From Lama guanicoe (taxonomy: Eukaryota), in contig MU054338.1 of NCBI GenBank assembly GCA_013239625.1, positions 3,557,371 to 3,621,370 of the forward strand: a DNA stretch of 64,000 nt. The letters are read 5' to 3'. Positions 35,431-48,095 of this stretch are shown here, one piece after another. The notes beneath the pieces are model-generated. The model ran no database searches. It worked only from the letters and a program-made list of their open reading frames with translations, and was not told the origin of the DNA. Both the position numbers and the translations under genes were made by a program. Each line of letters starts with the position of its first letter. The stretch's first letter is position 1.

Positions 35431-36984
35431 CAACAAACAGTGACTTAGTAGGTGTCAGGCACTGTGCATACTTGGCGAACCCTGAAGGGCAGGTACTGTT
35501 ACTGTGCCCATATTACAGATGTGAAAACCAAGGCTTAGAGAGGTTTAATAGTGGAAAGAAGTCATGTGGCTCGGGGCCTGGAGCATAGTAGGGCCTCAGT
35601 AAGAGCTAGGTTTCATCACTAGTGTTGGTGAGCTCACTCCCTCTGCTGGCTTGGTTATGAGAAAGGTCATCTGCCCCATGAACTGGGATTGCCTGCTCCC
35701 CTGTGGTATCCATGACCTTGAAGGAGCCTCAAGCTAGAGCTGTGGGAATTCATTCCTTCATCGATTCATTCACTCATGCAACAAACAGGTATTGGGCTGC
35801 TCTTGTGGGCCAGGTTCCACGAATGTGTCCATGTGGCAAGCATGCCGGCCACCCCTACCTTCTGTTCTCTCCTCTTCCATGGTTTTCAGGTGGATTGTTG
35901 GCCATTCAGAATAAAGACTACATTTCCCAGCATTCTTTCAAGCAAGTGTGGCCGCATGATTAAGTCCTGGCCAATAGGGTATGGTATATAGGATTTCTGG
36001 GAAGTGTCCTTAAAGGGAGAGGGTGAGGCCTTCCTCACCTCTTCCTCCTCGTTGACTGCAGATATGATAGCTAGAGCTCAGCAGCTACTTGGTCCCATGA
36101 GGAGGTCACTTGCTGGCGGTGTGGAACAATAAGATTTGGAGCCCCTATTCTACCCCTGGCCTGTCTGCTTACACTCACGTTCATGAGCAGCTTATGCTGC
36201 TCTGGTTGAGTCTCGGATCCCATGGCCAACCCTGAGCCTAACTGCTACACTTGTCCTTCCCTATCTCCACTTCTCTATCCTCATCCCAGCCCATGCCTGC
36301 TGGACAGAGAGGCCTGTCCCTGCTTGGCAGCCCTGGCCTTTGAGGGCCATGTAGAGTGACCAAGGCAGTGTCCCATGGATAGTGTAGCCCCCGTTTGTGG
36401 CCTTAGGGCCATCGGGCTGGGAGTAAAATCCCTCAAAGGGGGCTGGGAGGTCTTTACCATCTCCTAGGAATGCAGGGGTCTCAGCCCACCTCTCTGCGCC
36501 CCCCCAACACACACCCCAGACCAAGGGTGTGTGACCGAGGGCCCATCCTTTGCCATCATCAATCCAAGAAGTGAGATCCTTTCTCTGAACTACCTTGGAG
36601 GTTCCCAGCTATGTCCTAAACTTCAGACAGCAAAGCACAAATGAAAAGCACTCCCATGTGTGTAAAAAAGAAAACATTTGACTCAACAGAAACATTCGCT
36701 TATGAACCTGCCAACGCCAAACAACCGGGTGCAAATGCCACCATCACCCACACACTGTGGCCTCCAGGCAGTTGTATACAGCGTTCCCTCATGGACCTCC
36801 CTGATTATGTTTGCCCCACAGCCTAACACATACCCCTCATTCATTGCCCAGAAGACCCCTTCACATGGCTCAGTCTTTCTGAGGAGGGGGACACTGGGCA
36901 CTGAAAAAACACCTTATCTGTTTGCCATAAAATTAAACCACATCTGAGCTGGTGCCTGAATCTAAATATAGATTAACAGAAGCT

Positions 36985-37722
36985 TGGTGCAGCCTTATGG
37001 AAAACAGTATGGAGACACCTCGAAAAACTAAAAATAGACTTACCCTATGATCCAACAATCCCACTCATGGGCATATATCCAGAGGGAACTCAAATTCAGA
37101 AAGATACAGGCACCCCAACGTTCATAGCAGCACTATTTTCAATAGCCAAGACATGGAAGCAACCTAAGTGTCCATCAACCGATGACTGGATAAAGAAGTT
37201 GTGGTATATTTATATAATGGAATACTACTCAGCCATAAAAAAGTTAAAATACCATCTGCAGCAACATGGATGGACCAGGAGAATGTCATTCTAAGTGAAG
37301 TAAGCCAGAAAGAGAAAGAAAAATATATGATATCACTTATACGTGGAATCTATAAAAATAACAAAAAGAAAAAAGAGGACACTAATGAGCTCATCGACAA
37401 AACAGAAACAGACTCACAGACATAGTAAACAACCTTATGGCTACTAGTGGAAAGGGGGTGGGAAGGGATAAATTTGGGAGTTGGAGATTTGCAAATGTTA
37501 ACCACTATATATAAAAATAGATTTTAAAAAATTTCTTCTGTAGAGTATGAGGAACTATATTCAATATCTTATAATAACCTTTAACAAAAAAGAATACAAA
37601 AATGAATATATTTATGTGTATATATATATATTATATATATATGATATGACTGGGACATTATGCTGTACACCAGAAACTGTCACATTGTAACTGACTATAC
37701 TTCAATTAAAATTAATTAATTA
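36985..37722 (+). mobile_element. 5'-truncated lineage-specific L1 3' end
   Basis: ORF2 C-terminal motif ([38 protein letters not shown]) plus 3'UTR; 13-bp TSD attaacagaagct at 36972-36984 and 37723-37735. Confidence 0.93.
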
Positions 37723-38096
37723 ATTAACAGAAGCTACAGAGGACAGAGGAATATGCTAAATGACAGCACGGAGACACCCAATCAGCAAAACCCAGATCAG
37801 GGACAGCTTTGCAGGGAGAATGACCCAGTGGCATCAAATAAATAAATTACAAGGAAAATTTAAGAGTGAGAGGGAGATAGAGGGAGAAGCTCTCAATTAA
37901 AAGAGGCTTAAGAGACCATCAGCGACTCTAGACTTTATCTGGATCCTGATTCAGCAGCCTACAAAACATGTATGCCATAAACGTGCACATTTCCATGTGC
38001 TCCCTGGGTGGGGATGTGATGCTATTAAGGAATCTTTATTCTGGACATGATACTGGAGTTTGCAGGGTTGTTTTTTAAGAGGTCTTATCTTGTAGA

Positions 38097-38307
38097 GCAC
38101 GGTCTCTCCCCTCGGCACTGTGGACCCTCGGGCCAGACTGCTCTCTGCCGGGGGACCCTTCTGGGTACCCTGGGGTGTGGAGCAGCCTCCCTGGCCCCAC
38201 CCACTCAATGCCAGGAGCCTCCCCAGTCATGACGACCACAGATGTCCCCAGAAATCGCCCAGTGTCCCCTGCAGGTCAAAATCCCCACCCCAGTTGAGAA
38301 CTATTGC
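38097..38307 (-). mobile_element. MER20 inserted in an old L1ME 3'UTR (~37736-38730)
   Basis: cctcggcactgtggac...cagcctccctggccccacccact...ccccagttgagaactattg. Confidence 0.75.
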
Positions 38308-38991
38308 TTTAGAGACGCAAACTGAAAGATTTGCAGATGAAAAAACATCTGGGATTTGCAGCAGCTGAGCAAGGGAGGAGAAAGAGTAGAGAAGCCCAGA
38401 GTGGCCAGGAGTAGATAATTGTCAAGTCTAAGTGAAGGGTACATGTGGGGAGGGTCATTATTCCATTCTCTCTACTCCAGTGTGTTTGACATTTGCCACT
38501 ATCAGTAGCTGAAATGATGGGGAAATGCAAACGAAATCCGGAGTGTAGTTCATCGCCACGTACCCACGCTGCTCCCTCGGTGGAGACCAACGTGCTGTGT
38601 GGACGTAAGACGTGAACGTGCAGGGGGAGCCGGCTGAGGGGTCCCTGGGAACTATCTGGAGTATCTTTGCAACTTTTCTGTTAAAGCTAAAAGTATTCCA
38701 AAATCACAAGTTTATTTTTTTTAAGGTTTAAATGATAATAAGCATGTAAGGAATCAGCTGCTCGTGTACCCAGGATGGGAATCAGGGCACGAGGGCCCCG
38801 TCACAGGGCCACCACGGGCATGATGAACCAAGAACACACGCCCCCCGCCGGGCCGCATAGCCCGTCACTCACCGATGGACGCCGGGGAGCCAGCCTTAGA
38901 CTCAGCTGGGGTTTGCCATGTGGGTGGCACAAAGGGCCTGTGGCCCGGAGCGCCCACAGCAGCCAGGGCGAGTATCCGCTTTCAAACCCAC

Positions 38992-38997
38992 TTTATT
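38992..38997 (-). terminator. Polyadenylation signal AATAAA of ZNRF4
   Basis: tttatt on + strand, about 80 nt downstream of the TGA (39076-39078). Confidence 0.75.
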
Positions 38998-39075
38998 ACC
39001 CAGTCTCCAGACTAGAAACACTCCTAGGTTCCACCCTCCCCGCCCCGATCTCCACCAGCCAGGGTGCTGCAGGTC

Positions 39076-40146
39076 TCAGAGGGGTTCAGGGAGCCCCTCA
39101 TTGGCCTCAGCCGCACCCACGGAGGTGGTGCTGCAGCGGCGGCCAGGACTGGCTCGGACCAGAAGCTCCAGCCTCCGGGCGCGCAGCCGGGCCTGGATGG
39201 CCCAGATCGGGGGGTGGTGGCCGGGCAACGAGGGGTCATCCTCGTTGCCGAAGCTGTCAACAGTGGAGTCAGAGCCGTCCTCCGTGCCGGCCACCGACTG
39301 CTTGCACACAGGGCAGGAGCGCTGGGTGGCCTGGGAGAACCAGGGATCGATGCACTTGCAGTGATAGGTATGGGAGCAGGGGAGGATCTTGAGTCGGTCA
39401 CCCTCCTCATACTCGTCCAGGCAGATGGCGCACAAGTCATTGCGTCTTGTGAAGGTGCGCACCTGGGCCCTCTGGCTGGCCTGCGCCTTGGCCGCCGGCC
39501 CACGGGCCCACCAGGCCCACAGCCAGTTCCACAGGCGCTGCAGGACGAAGGTGGCGAACGCGAGCAGGGCCAGGGTGCGGCCCAGCACCCAGGAGATGGC
39601 CAGCACGGGGTGGCAGTCCAGGTCCGGGCAGGGCGGGTGGTCGGGCAACAGGAGGATATGGGCCGACTTATCGCAGCGCACGATGCCCCGCAGGTCCTGC
39701 GAGGCGGCCTCGCCCACAAACACCGACGGGATGGCGATCTGGCGCCGCAGGTCCTCGTAGACGTGGGCCATGCGCACCAGGTCGTTGGAGCGCACGTTGT
39801 GCACGATGGCCGCCTCGAAGCCGGCCCGCTGGGCGTGCAGCACCTTGAGGTCAAATGTGCAGTCATAGCGGCGGATCAGCACGATGGCGCCCAGGGAGCC
39901 GTTGCCCGGCTGCGGGCCCTCGATGGGATGACATGCGTTGGCCGGCTTGGCCTCCATCAGGTAGCCCCGCATGCCCCCAGGGGCTAGGGGGACCCCGAAC
40001 AGGGCTGGCAAGTCCGCAAAGTCCACCGTGCTCGAGTTGCCATCCAGCACGGCCCGCACCACCGCCTGCGAGGGCACCAGCAGCCCCAGCAGGATCAGAG
40101 AGGCCCTGACGGCCACCAGGGCCAGGACCAGCCGCAGCCACCCCAT
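39076..40146 (-). CDS. ZNRF4: E3 ubiquitin-protein ligase ZNRF4 (nixin/sperizin; PA-TM-RING family, RNF13/RNF167-like), intronless, 356 aa
   Basis: Single ORF with strong Kozak (gccATGg). It encodes an N-terminal signal-like hydrophobic stretch, a PA domain (DFADLPALFG...ACHPI...IVLIRRYDCTFDLKVLHAQRAGFEAAIVHN...IPSVFV), a TM segment and a RING-H2 (CAICLDEYEEGDRLKILPCSHTYHCKCIDPWFSQATQRSCPVC). GC3 is high, and it closely resembles recalled human ZNRF4 from MGW onward. Confidence 0.97.
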   Translation of the reverse strand: MGWLRLVLALVAVRASLILLGLLVPSQAVVRAVLDGNSSTVDFADLPALFGVPLAPGGMRGYLMEAKPANACHPIEGPQPGNGSLGAIVLIRRYDCTFDLKVLHAQRAGFEAAIVHNVRSNDLVRMAHVYEDLRRQIAIPSVFVGEAASQDLRGIVRCDKSAHILLLPDHPPCPDLDCHPVLAISWVLGRTLALLAFATFVLQRLWNWLWAWWARGPAAKAQASQRAQVRTFTRRNDLCAICLDEYEEGDRLKILPCSHTYHCKCIDPWFSQATQRSCPVCKQSVAGTEDGSDSTVDSFGNEDDPSLPGHHPPIWAIQARLRARRLELLVRASPGRRCSTTSVGAAEANEGLPEPL

Positions 40147-40319
40147 GGCCGGCCCCTCCTTTTCTGGCTGTGGCGTGGAGCTAGGTCCCGCTGGGGACGG
40201 TGGACAGGAGGCCTCCGGGCATCTCCAGGGTCTCCCAGGGAGCCCGTGGCCAGGTGGGAATGGAGGTGACCTTGAACAGGGGCTCAGGGACAGTTAAGCA
40301 GAGCAGCAGGGACCTGGCG

Positions 40320-40480
40320 GTCCTAGACGGAAGTGGCTCCTGGCAGCAGCCCAAGGTGCATCGTGTCTTTGAAGGCTGGTCCCAGGAGGAGCCAACCTAC
40401 CCAGGTGGCCTTCCTGGAAGATGATGCGGAAGCCAGGAGCCCCCAGGGTTCCAGATGCCCCCAGCCTCTGTGACATCATC
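40320..40480 (-). promoter_or_regulatory. Putative ZNRF4 proximal promoter with CRE-like TGACATCA (40471-40478) and ETS CGGAAGTG (40328-40335)
   Basis: Motifs seen 180-330 bp upstream of the ATG. CRE variants are typical of CREM-driven spermatid genes, and ZNRF4 is known as testis-expressed. Confidence 0.45.
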
Positions 40481-43400
40481 CTGTTTCATCCTGCCCCCAC
40501 CACCTGAGACAGAATTCCTGGATTTCTGACCTGGGGGGCTGGGCAGCCTTTGAAAAAACTTCTGGAAGGCTCAGAGCAGCACCAGCTCCTGGACTTGTAA
40601 GGCTCAGGGGTGCCACAATGTGGGCCGGGCCCCCCCCCCAGGGCACAAATCTAGCCCTCACACACACAGTCTGCCAGCATCATCTCCCTGAGCCTCCCAA
40701 AGACCCACTGAGGAAGGGACCAATGTTACCCCATCTCAAGATTCCCAGAGGATCCAGACTTGTTCAGGGCACCTTCTACCCATGAGGTCAATTCTTAAAA
40801 CCCAGATTCCAAACCTCCGTGCTCTCTCCACCTCACTTACTCTGCTCCAGCCACACGGCCTCCTTGCTGTTCTTCCAACATACCAGGCACGGTTCTGCCC
40901 CAGGGCCTTTGCACATGCTATTTGCTCAAGCTGGAATGCCCCTTCTCCCTGTAGCTAGCTCTTTCTCATCACTCAGGTCTGAGTTCATATGTCCTCAGAG
41001 TCTAACTGACTTAATGTGGGGGGAGGGAAAATTGCCAAGGTCAGGGCTGGGCTGGCAGGAATTGGTGGTCCAAGTCCTCACCACCAGGTAGGACTCTGGG
41101 CCTGCACCAGCTTTGTTCTCTCAACTCAGAGCTTCCTCTCTGAGTTTCCATGTGTCCCCCATTCCTTAGCCAGAGCCATGGCCATCAGCCTCAAGTTCCC
41201 CCATCATCCCCCACTACTCATTCCCCAAATCTCTCATTGTGAGTCTGTTTCCTACCCAGTGGGGCACCCCGCTCAAGTCCTGATTCCTGGCTTTGCCATT
41301 GACAAAGTGTGTGATGCCAGGTAAATTCCTTAAGTTCTCTGGGCCGTAGCTTCCAGATCTGTAAAATGGGTTTAATGATGAGCAACCGATGTTACAGGAC
41401 CAGTGGTGTGAAAATTAAATGAGATAATGCACAATCAGTGCCCAGCAAGGAGTGCGACCTTGGCATTCTCCCAAAACAGCCCTGCCTTCCGTCCACAGCC
41501 CTTTCAGTTCGTCACGACACAGCAGTCAGGACTATTTCTAAAATCTCAGTCCTCTGGTCTCTCCCAAGCTCTAAACTCTCCCATGGCTCCCCACTGCCCT
41601 CCAGATGAAGTCCACCCACCTCTGTGTGGCCTACAAGCTCTCCCAAGGTAGAGCCCTGCCGATCCCTTAGGTTTCAATGCTTTTCAATGCTCCAAATGCA
41701 TCATGATTTGCTGACCTCTAGAACTTTGCAAATGCTATTCCCTCTGTCAGAAACAGAATTCTCTTTCCTCAACTGCACTTTGCCAGGCTGGCTACTTATT
41801 CTTTAGGTTTTCTCCGTTGGTCTAATACCTCCCAGAGCAGCCCTCAGCCAAGGATAGAGAAGAGGCACAGAGCCAAACAGGCAGGATGCCCTGTGGCAAC
41901 AGAGGCAGAATTTGGAATGATATGTCTACTAGCCAAGAAATGGCAAGGGTGGCCAGCTGCCACCAGAGGCTGGGAGTGAGACATGGAACAGATTCTCCCT
42001 CTGAACATGCAAGAAGGAATCAAACTTGCTAACACCATGATTTTGGACTTCCAGCCTCCAGAACTGTGAGGGAAGAAACTTCTGTTGTTTTGAGCCCCCT
42101 GGTTTGTGGCACTTTGTTACAGCAGTTGTGAATACACAATGGAATCCTTGTCCTAGGGTCTGCATCTGGATCAGGTCAGCCAAACACAAGGTGTCACCAT
42201 GCTGAGACCTGAGGGTGATTAAGGATGAAGTTGGTATAAGGGGGCAGAGAGCAGCATGCTGGGAATGCAAGTGGCATGTGCAAAGGTCCTGAGGTGAGCA
42301 AGAGATAAAGGAAGAGAATTAGAGTTGAATGATTGGACAGGGCAAGCCATTCAGAGTTGCCAAAAAGAGGGTCTTATTCAAGGATGGGAGAGAGATAGGA
42401 GAAGGGCAGGCAGGGCCAGACTGCAACATTGAACGTCGATGGCCCTGGGGTTTACACAGAGAACAATGAGAAACCATAGAGAAGTGTAGAGTAGAGGCAG
42501 GACATGGCTGGATTTTGTTTCCCGTTTCCACTCTGTGTGTTTCTGCACTGCTTGGATCTTTTATGTTGGGAATGAATTCACTTGTTCCTCCTGAAATAAA
42601 AAGAGATTTGTGTTTCTGAAAGAACCCTCTGGTTGCTGGATGGAGAGAGAGAGAGAGAGGCCAGGAAGCCACAGAGGCAGCAGAGAACTGGGGTGGGGGG
42701 GACGACTAGGGAATGGGACAGAGAGAGACTAAGAGGAGATGATGGCCCTGAATGAGTGAGTGGATGTGAAGGACAGGAGGGGAGGGCGCCCTGCATGGAG
42801 CCAGCCATAGAGGGTCGCGGCATCTGTCCTCCTCCCCTGGGGCTGGCTTCAAGAAAGTCTCGCCTGGTATTACCATCTTTAACACCTTTCCAGCAATCGC
42901 TAATCCCTAAGAGGTAGGTCCTTGGCCCCACTGGCATTTTAAAACATCATTTTGTTTTCTGTATCTTTGTTTTTTGTGGGTCCCATTGTTTGTGGCAAGA
43001 GATACAGGGTTTTCTTGTATGACTCTCACAACATTTTCTATTTAAAGGAAAACGTAGTGTTGATCTTTAGGTAACATGCAGTAAGTAAAGGAGCAGGTGT
43101 GCAACACTAGGGGAGAGGGTCGAGGGAGAGCCCTCCAGAGACGGGCAGCTGATGAACAGGACATGCGGGTTCCCAGGGCCGCTGTGACAAAGTGCCACAA
43201 ACTAGGCGGCCGAGAACAACAGGGACGTGCTGCCTTGTGCTTCCAGAGGCCAGAAGTCCAAGACCGAGGTGTGGACAGGGTGGCAGACACTCCCGCTGAA
43301 GGTTCTTCTGGCTGCTGGGACCCACATGCAGGGAACGCTGAGTGTCCAGGGACTTAGCCCCATGGGGAGTAGCCCAGAACCGGTGGCAGACAGGAGCAAG

Positions 43401-44309
43401 GGGACAAACGCTCCATCTCCTGACCTCGGATGAGAGAACTCGGGGGGCCATGGCAGTCCCCGCCTCCTAGAGACAGGCAGTGGGACTGGGCTCCACTGTC
43501 CCCATGATAACTTGCTCTCGGCAATGCTTCCTTCATAGGCTGTCTTCCCCTTCCTGTCCCTGCCCCCTACTCCCCTCCCAGTATCTTCTGAGATCACTTC
43601 CAAAAGGAATCACTGGCATTCAGATCCTCATCTTGGGCTCGTTCCGGGGTGAACCCCATCTACAATGCTGCCTGAGAATAGGAGAAAGCACAAAAGCAGA
43701 ACAGAGAGACCAGGAGAGACCCAGGTCCTAAACCCATCATTTGAGCACCTCGGTCCAGCTGAGCCTGAAGGCCACGAAACAGCTGTACTCCTGTTACAGG
43801 AACCCGTTATACTCCTTTTTTTGCCTGAGAGTTGGTTTCTATCACCACACAACAAACCTCACGGCGGGGGGTGGAGGGTCGGTCGTTCCAGAACCTCGCA
43901 AGGGAAGAGACACTGGGCACAGCTCTAAGTTTGATTTTCTTTGCTTCATGTTGCCTCCCTCCCCAAATGCTTCTAGCGGGGACCTCCTCCTTCTCAGCCA
44001 GAGCTGGCTGGCTCCTCTGACGGTTAGATGTAAAGCAGGTGTCGGATGGGGTGATGAGATGTGCCTGTGTTCACGCTAATTTCCCCAGAAGTCAAAGTCA
44101 CATCTTCCTCCCTTCCTCAATGCATCTCTTGTACTTTGGATCCAAAATTTGCACATACACGGGCAGGCACGCAATACACCCACCCACCCAACCGGGCTGT
44201 GATTCAGGAGCCCCGTGGGGCCCCACAGGGCTGGGGTGGAGGGGCATTTAGAGGTCTGCGAGGGGTTCATGATAAAGAATCATCCAAGTGGTGGCGGCCC
44301 TGGGCGCCT

Positions 44310-44720
44310 CTGTCTCTCTGTCTCTCCCCTCTATGAACCTCTATTTCTGTCTCTCTCCCTGAATCTCTCTCTGGCTCTCTCTTCCTCTCCCTCCTCGATC
44401 TTTCCATTTCTCTGTTGGGGTCGCTTTTTGTCTGTGCCTCTCGCTTCCGCCTCTGTGTCTGCTCCTCTCCCTCTAGCTTTTTCTCTGTCTCAGCCTCTCT
44501 ACATCTCTGTGTCAATGTCTCTGTTTGTTACTGTCTGATTTGGCTGTAAGCCTCCTGCTGAGAATCCTGTCTCTGTCCCTGTCTCTCCACGGAGGTCTTT
44601 CCTGATCCGCGTCACCTGGCCCCTGGGTCTCCTTGTCTCTAACTTCCCCTCGTCTTGTCTCCCGTGCTACTTTCTGTGTGCGTCTCTGTCTCTCTGTCTT
44701 TCTCTGCCTGCCTCTCTCTC
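44310..44720. repeat. Degenerate (CTCTGT)n / CT-rich low-complexity tract (similar tracts at ~4560-4610, 6915-7030, 22500-22740)
   Basis: Directly visible. Confidence 0.8.
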
Positions 44721-45539
44721 GCCCCTCACCCACTCCCCGGCCCCGTGCCTGACTCACAGGAGATATGCAGTGGGTTTTGTCAGCTCGAAACCAAAAGTAC
44801 ATCTCTGTGATGTGGTGAGAGAGGAGCTGGGTTTAAGGTCCAACATGGCCCTCACTTATTGGCACAGGGAGTCCTTCCCGCTCAGCAGCTCAGCTCCTGG
44901 TATCTGTCCAGTGAACAGGGTCAATGCGGAGCCAACACTCTCTGAATAGAGTTGCCCGTGGACTCTCCCGTCACCCTTTGTGCTTGGGGCTCTGCTTTTT
45001 CCTACTTTTCCCAGGAGGAAGCCAGCATGCAGAGCGTGAACCATCCCTCCCCAAATGCCACAGTGAAGAGGAGGCTGGACCACTTTCCCTGCCTCCAGGA
45101 TCCCCAAACCTCCTGACCCCGCTGGGCCAGGCATCCAGCTGCAAATTCACAGACTTGCTGTCTGAGGTCAGGTAGCTTCATCTGTCTTCCCACCTTTCCT
45201 CCGCTGAGCTCCAGTTTTTATGCTGGGAGAATGAAACTCGTGGAGACAGAGAACATTGCTGGGGAGGAGATGTCTGCACAGAACGACGTGCCAGGCACGG
45301 GGGACACAGGAGTGACCAAGGCGAACTGAGCAGCTGGGATTTGTTGATTGGTGTCAAGTCCAATCAAATATTTGTGAAGCAGCTATGGTGTGTGCACGCC
45401 AGGCCCTGGAGACACAGAAGGGACCAGGACAGATCCGGTCCCCACCCTCCTGCGGGTTCTGTTCAGCAGGGGAGGAAAAGGTTTAAACAAAAGAATAAGA
45501 ATGTTGCAAATTGCAAGTCGCATGAGGGAAGTAAGACAA

Positions 45540-46260
45540 TAAAAACAAAATATAACGCGTCTGAGAAGCCAATCAATGGAAGAACGCTAGAACACGTGGG
45601 TGAAAGTTTAAGGAGAAACAGGATGGTTACGTAGCATCAAAGTAACTCTCCCAAGGGCTTTATGAGTTTGAAAGGTAAGAAAGTAGCTCTCCGGGGGGAG
45701 ATCTGGTGTCATAACCACAGGATCAAGGGCAGCATCGCCGGCGAGGAGATGCAGGACCTTCATGCCCCTCCTGACATCCTGCACTAAGGAGGATGCACTG
45801 TCACCACTGTGGGATTCTGGGCAGAGACATGCAACCCCAGTCTAACCATGAGCCACCATCAGACCCGAATTGAGGGTCCTTCTACAAAATCCCTGGCCAG
45901 TGCTCTGCATAAGTGTCAAGGTCTCGGAAGGCATGGAAAGACTGAGGAACTGTCCCAGAGTGAAGGATGCCGGGGACATGTGATGACAAAATGCAGTGGG
46001 TGATCCTGGATGGTTTCCTGGACCAGGAAGGGGACATTTGTGGAAAAACTGGCGAAACTCCAATCAGGTCTGTAAGTTCATTAGGTAATACTGCAGCCAT
46101 GCTAATTTCCTGGATTTGATCGTCACGCTGGGTTATGCACCACGTGAACATCAGGGGAAGCTGGGTGGTGCACAGGGACTTCGTGCTTCCTCTAAATTGT
46201 CTTTCTGCAGGTTTTCTGTAAGCCTAAAATTATTTTAAAACAAAATGTTAAAAAAAAAAA
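45540..46260 (+). mobile_element. Old L1MC/ME 3'UTR
   Basis: ggaaagactgaggaactgtcccagagtgaagga, gatcctggatgg..ggaccagga, ttctgtaagcctaaaattatttt. Confidence 0.75.
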
Positions 46261-46919
46261 CAAACCCAAGAGGCTTAAGGCAATAAAAAGAAGGAGGATG
46301 AGAGGATGGGGGAAGAGGAGGAAGAGGAGCAATGGGAGGAGAAAGTCTGAGAGGGAGACAGTGACGGACGTTCAGAGTAGGCCAGGACGTCCTCCCTGAA
46401 TGGGTTGGTATTTAAACCAAGATTGAAGGTAGCTCAGAATGAACAGTCTGCATTTTACTGCAAGTGCAATGCAGAGCCTGGCCTATCTGGGTTCCCCCCG
46501 AGCAGCTGAGAGGCGAGGTTTCGGGTGCAAGCAGTTTCAGTGGGAGGTGACCCCAGGAAGCCCCAGGAGGGAGTTGGGGGAGTGTGGGTGGGATGGGAAA
46601 GAGGTGATACGGGGTACATTCACGGACAGATGGGGCTCAGTGAGAGTCTGGGGGACTCTGCAGAGCATGAGCCTCAAAGTTGCGGGGCTCCAGGGATGAG
46701 GGAGCTGGGGTATTTATCCACCTGCTCCTGCCAGCCATTGGGCAGGGGCTGCTGGAGGGAATGGCACAAACTCTGAGACACTTCTCACATGCAACGAGTG
46801 GGAGCAGGGCACGCTAAGGCAGAGGCAGACCTGGGACGCCAGCCAGCCATGCAGGGAGATGGTGAGGGCCCAGGGGATCTGGGCAGGCCACCAACAGCAT
46901 TAGTTCAAGAGCCTTTAGA

Positions 46920-47116
46920 GCTGCACTGACCAATATAGCAGCGACTAGCTACCTGGGTCTATCTAAATTCATCAAAATAAATAAAAATAAACATTCAGTT
47001 CCTCACTCACACTTGCCACGTTTCAAGCGCTCCATAGCCACATGTGGATGACAGTGTTTGGTGGCACAGTTCTCAAATATTCTATCATCACAGAAAGTTC
47101 TATTGGACAGCCCTGC
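46920..47116. mobile_element. MER3-like hAT element
   Basis: aaacattcagttcctcactcacac...catcacagaaagttctattggacagccctg. Confidence 0.7.
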
Positions 47117-48095
47117 ATTAGAGGATTCTAAGCAAGAGACTGACATAATCCAGTTGAGGCTCGAGGGAAAATTTCTCTGGCTGCTGAGGGAAAACAGCTG
47201 GTTGGGGGTAAGGGTGGGGGCCAGGAGCCCAGGGAGGAGGCAGGGTCACGCATCTAGGCTGGAGGTGACAGAGGCTACCCGTGCAGTAGCAGTAGGGGTG
47301 GAGCAAAGCTGCTTGGAAGTAGCATGACCAGTTAAGTCCTGATCATTTGGACCTAAGAGGTGAAGGGAAAGGAGGAAGGGGATGTGAGATCTGGCCTCTG
47401 ATGTGAGCGGCAGGTGGAGGTGGGATGGCCGTCCCCAAGATGGGGACCTGGGAGAAGGAGCCAATTCAGGTGCAGATGCTAAGCTTTGTCTGCACCCCCA
47501 CCACCACTACCACCAGGCCTGAGGGGTCAGGGAGAAGTCCATCTGGCAGCTGGACCCTAATGGCAGAGGCCTGGGTAAACGCAGGGATCTGGGGCCACAG
47601 GCCATTTTGGCCACCGGCCCAGCTGGCAACCGCTGGGCCGTGATGTAACTTGTCAGGCAGAAGCAGAGCCTCGTCCCTAGGCTCGAAGGCACAGCTTGCC
47701 TAAATGCTAACAAGTTTTGCCTCCAAATGGTGGCGGGGTATGCGTGTGTGTATGTGCGTGTTTAATTCTGGAATGAATTTAATTCTAATTCTGCCGACTT
47801 TGGGGATGGGAAACAGCTGTCTTAATGAGTTAAACAGTGGGTTTAAAATAGCGAGCATCTGTTCACCGTCTGAGCTAGCACCCGCCGAGGCTGCTCATAG
47901 GCTCTGGGACTCACAGTTTGGGGTAGGGGTGGGGCTGCTCTGGAGATGGTGCAGAACATGGGGCTGGCAGGTCCAAGATGCGGGTTCAAAGCTCGCCCTG
48001 CCGCCAGGTGAGTTACCTCCCCCTGTGACTTCTGCTGCTTCATCTGTAAATAGAGATAATGACATCACCCAATGCAGACAGTTGTTAAAAGTTTA

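Noticed and set aside
39064..39987. 307-aa antisense ORF over ZNRF4
   Set aside because: Codon-aligned antisense shadow of a GC3-rich CDS, non-ATG start, no domain
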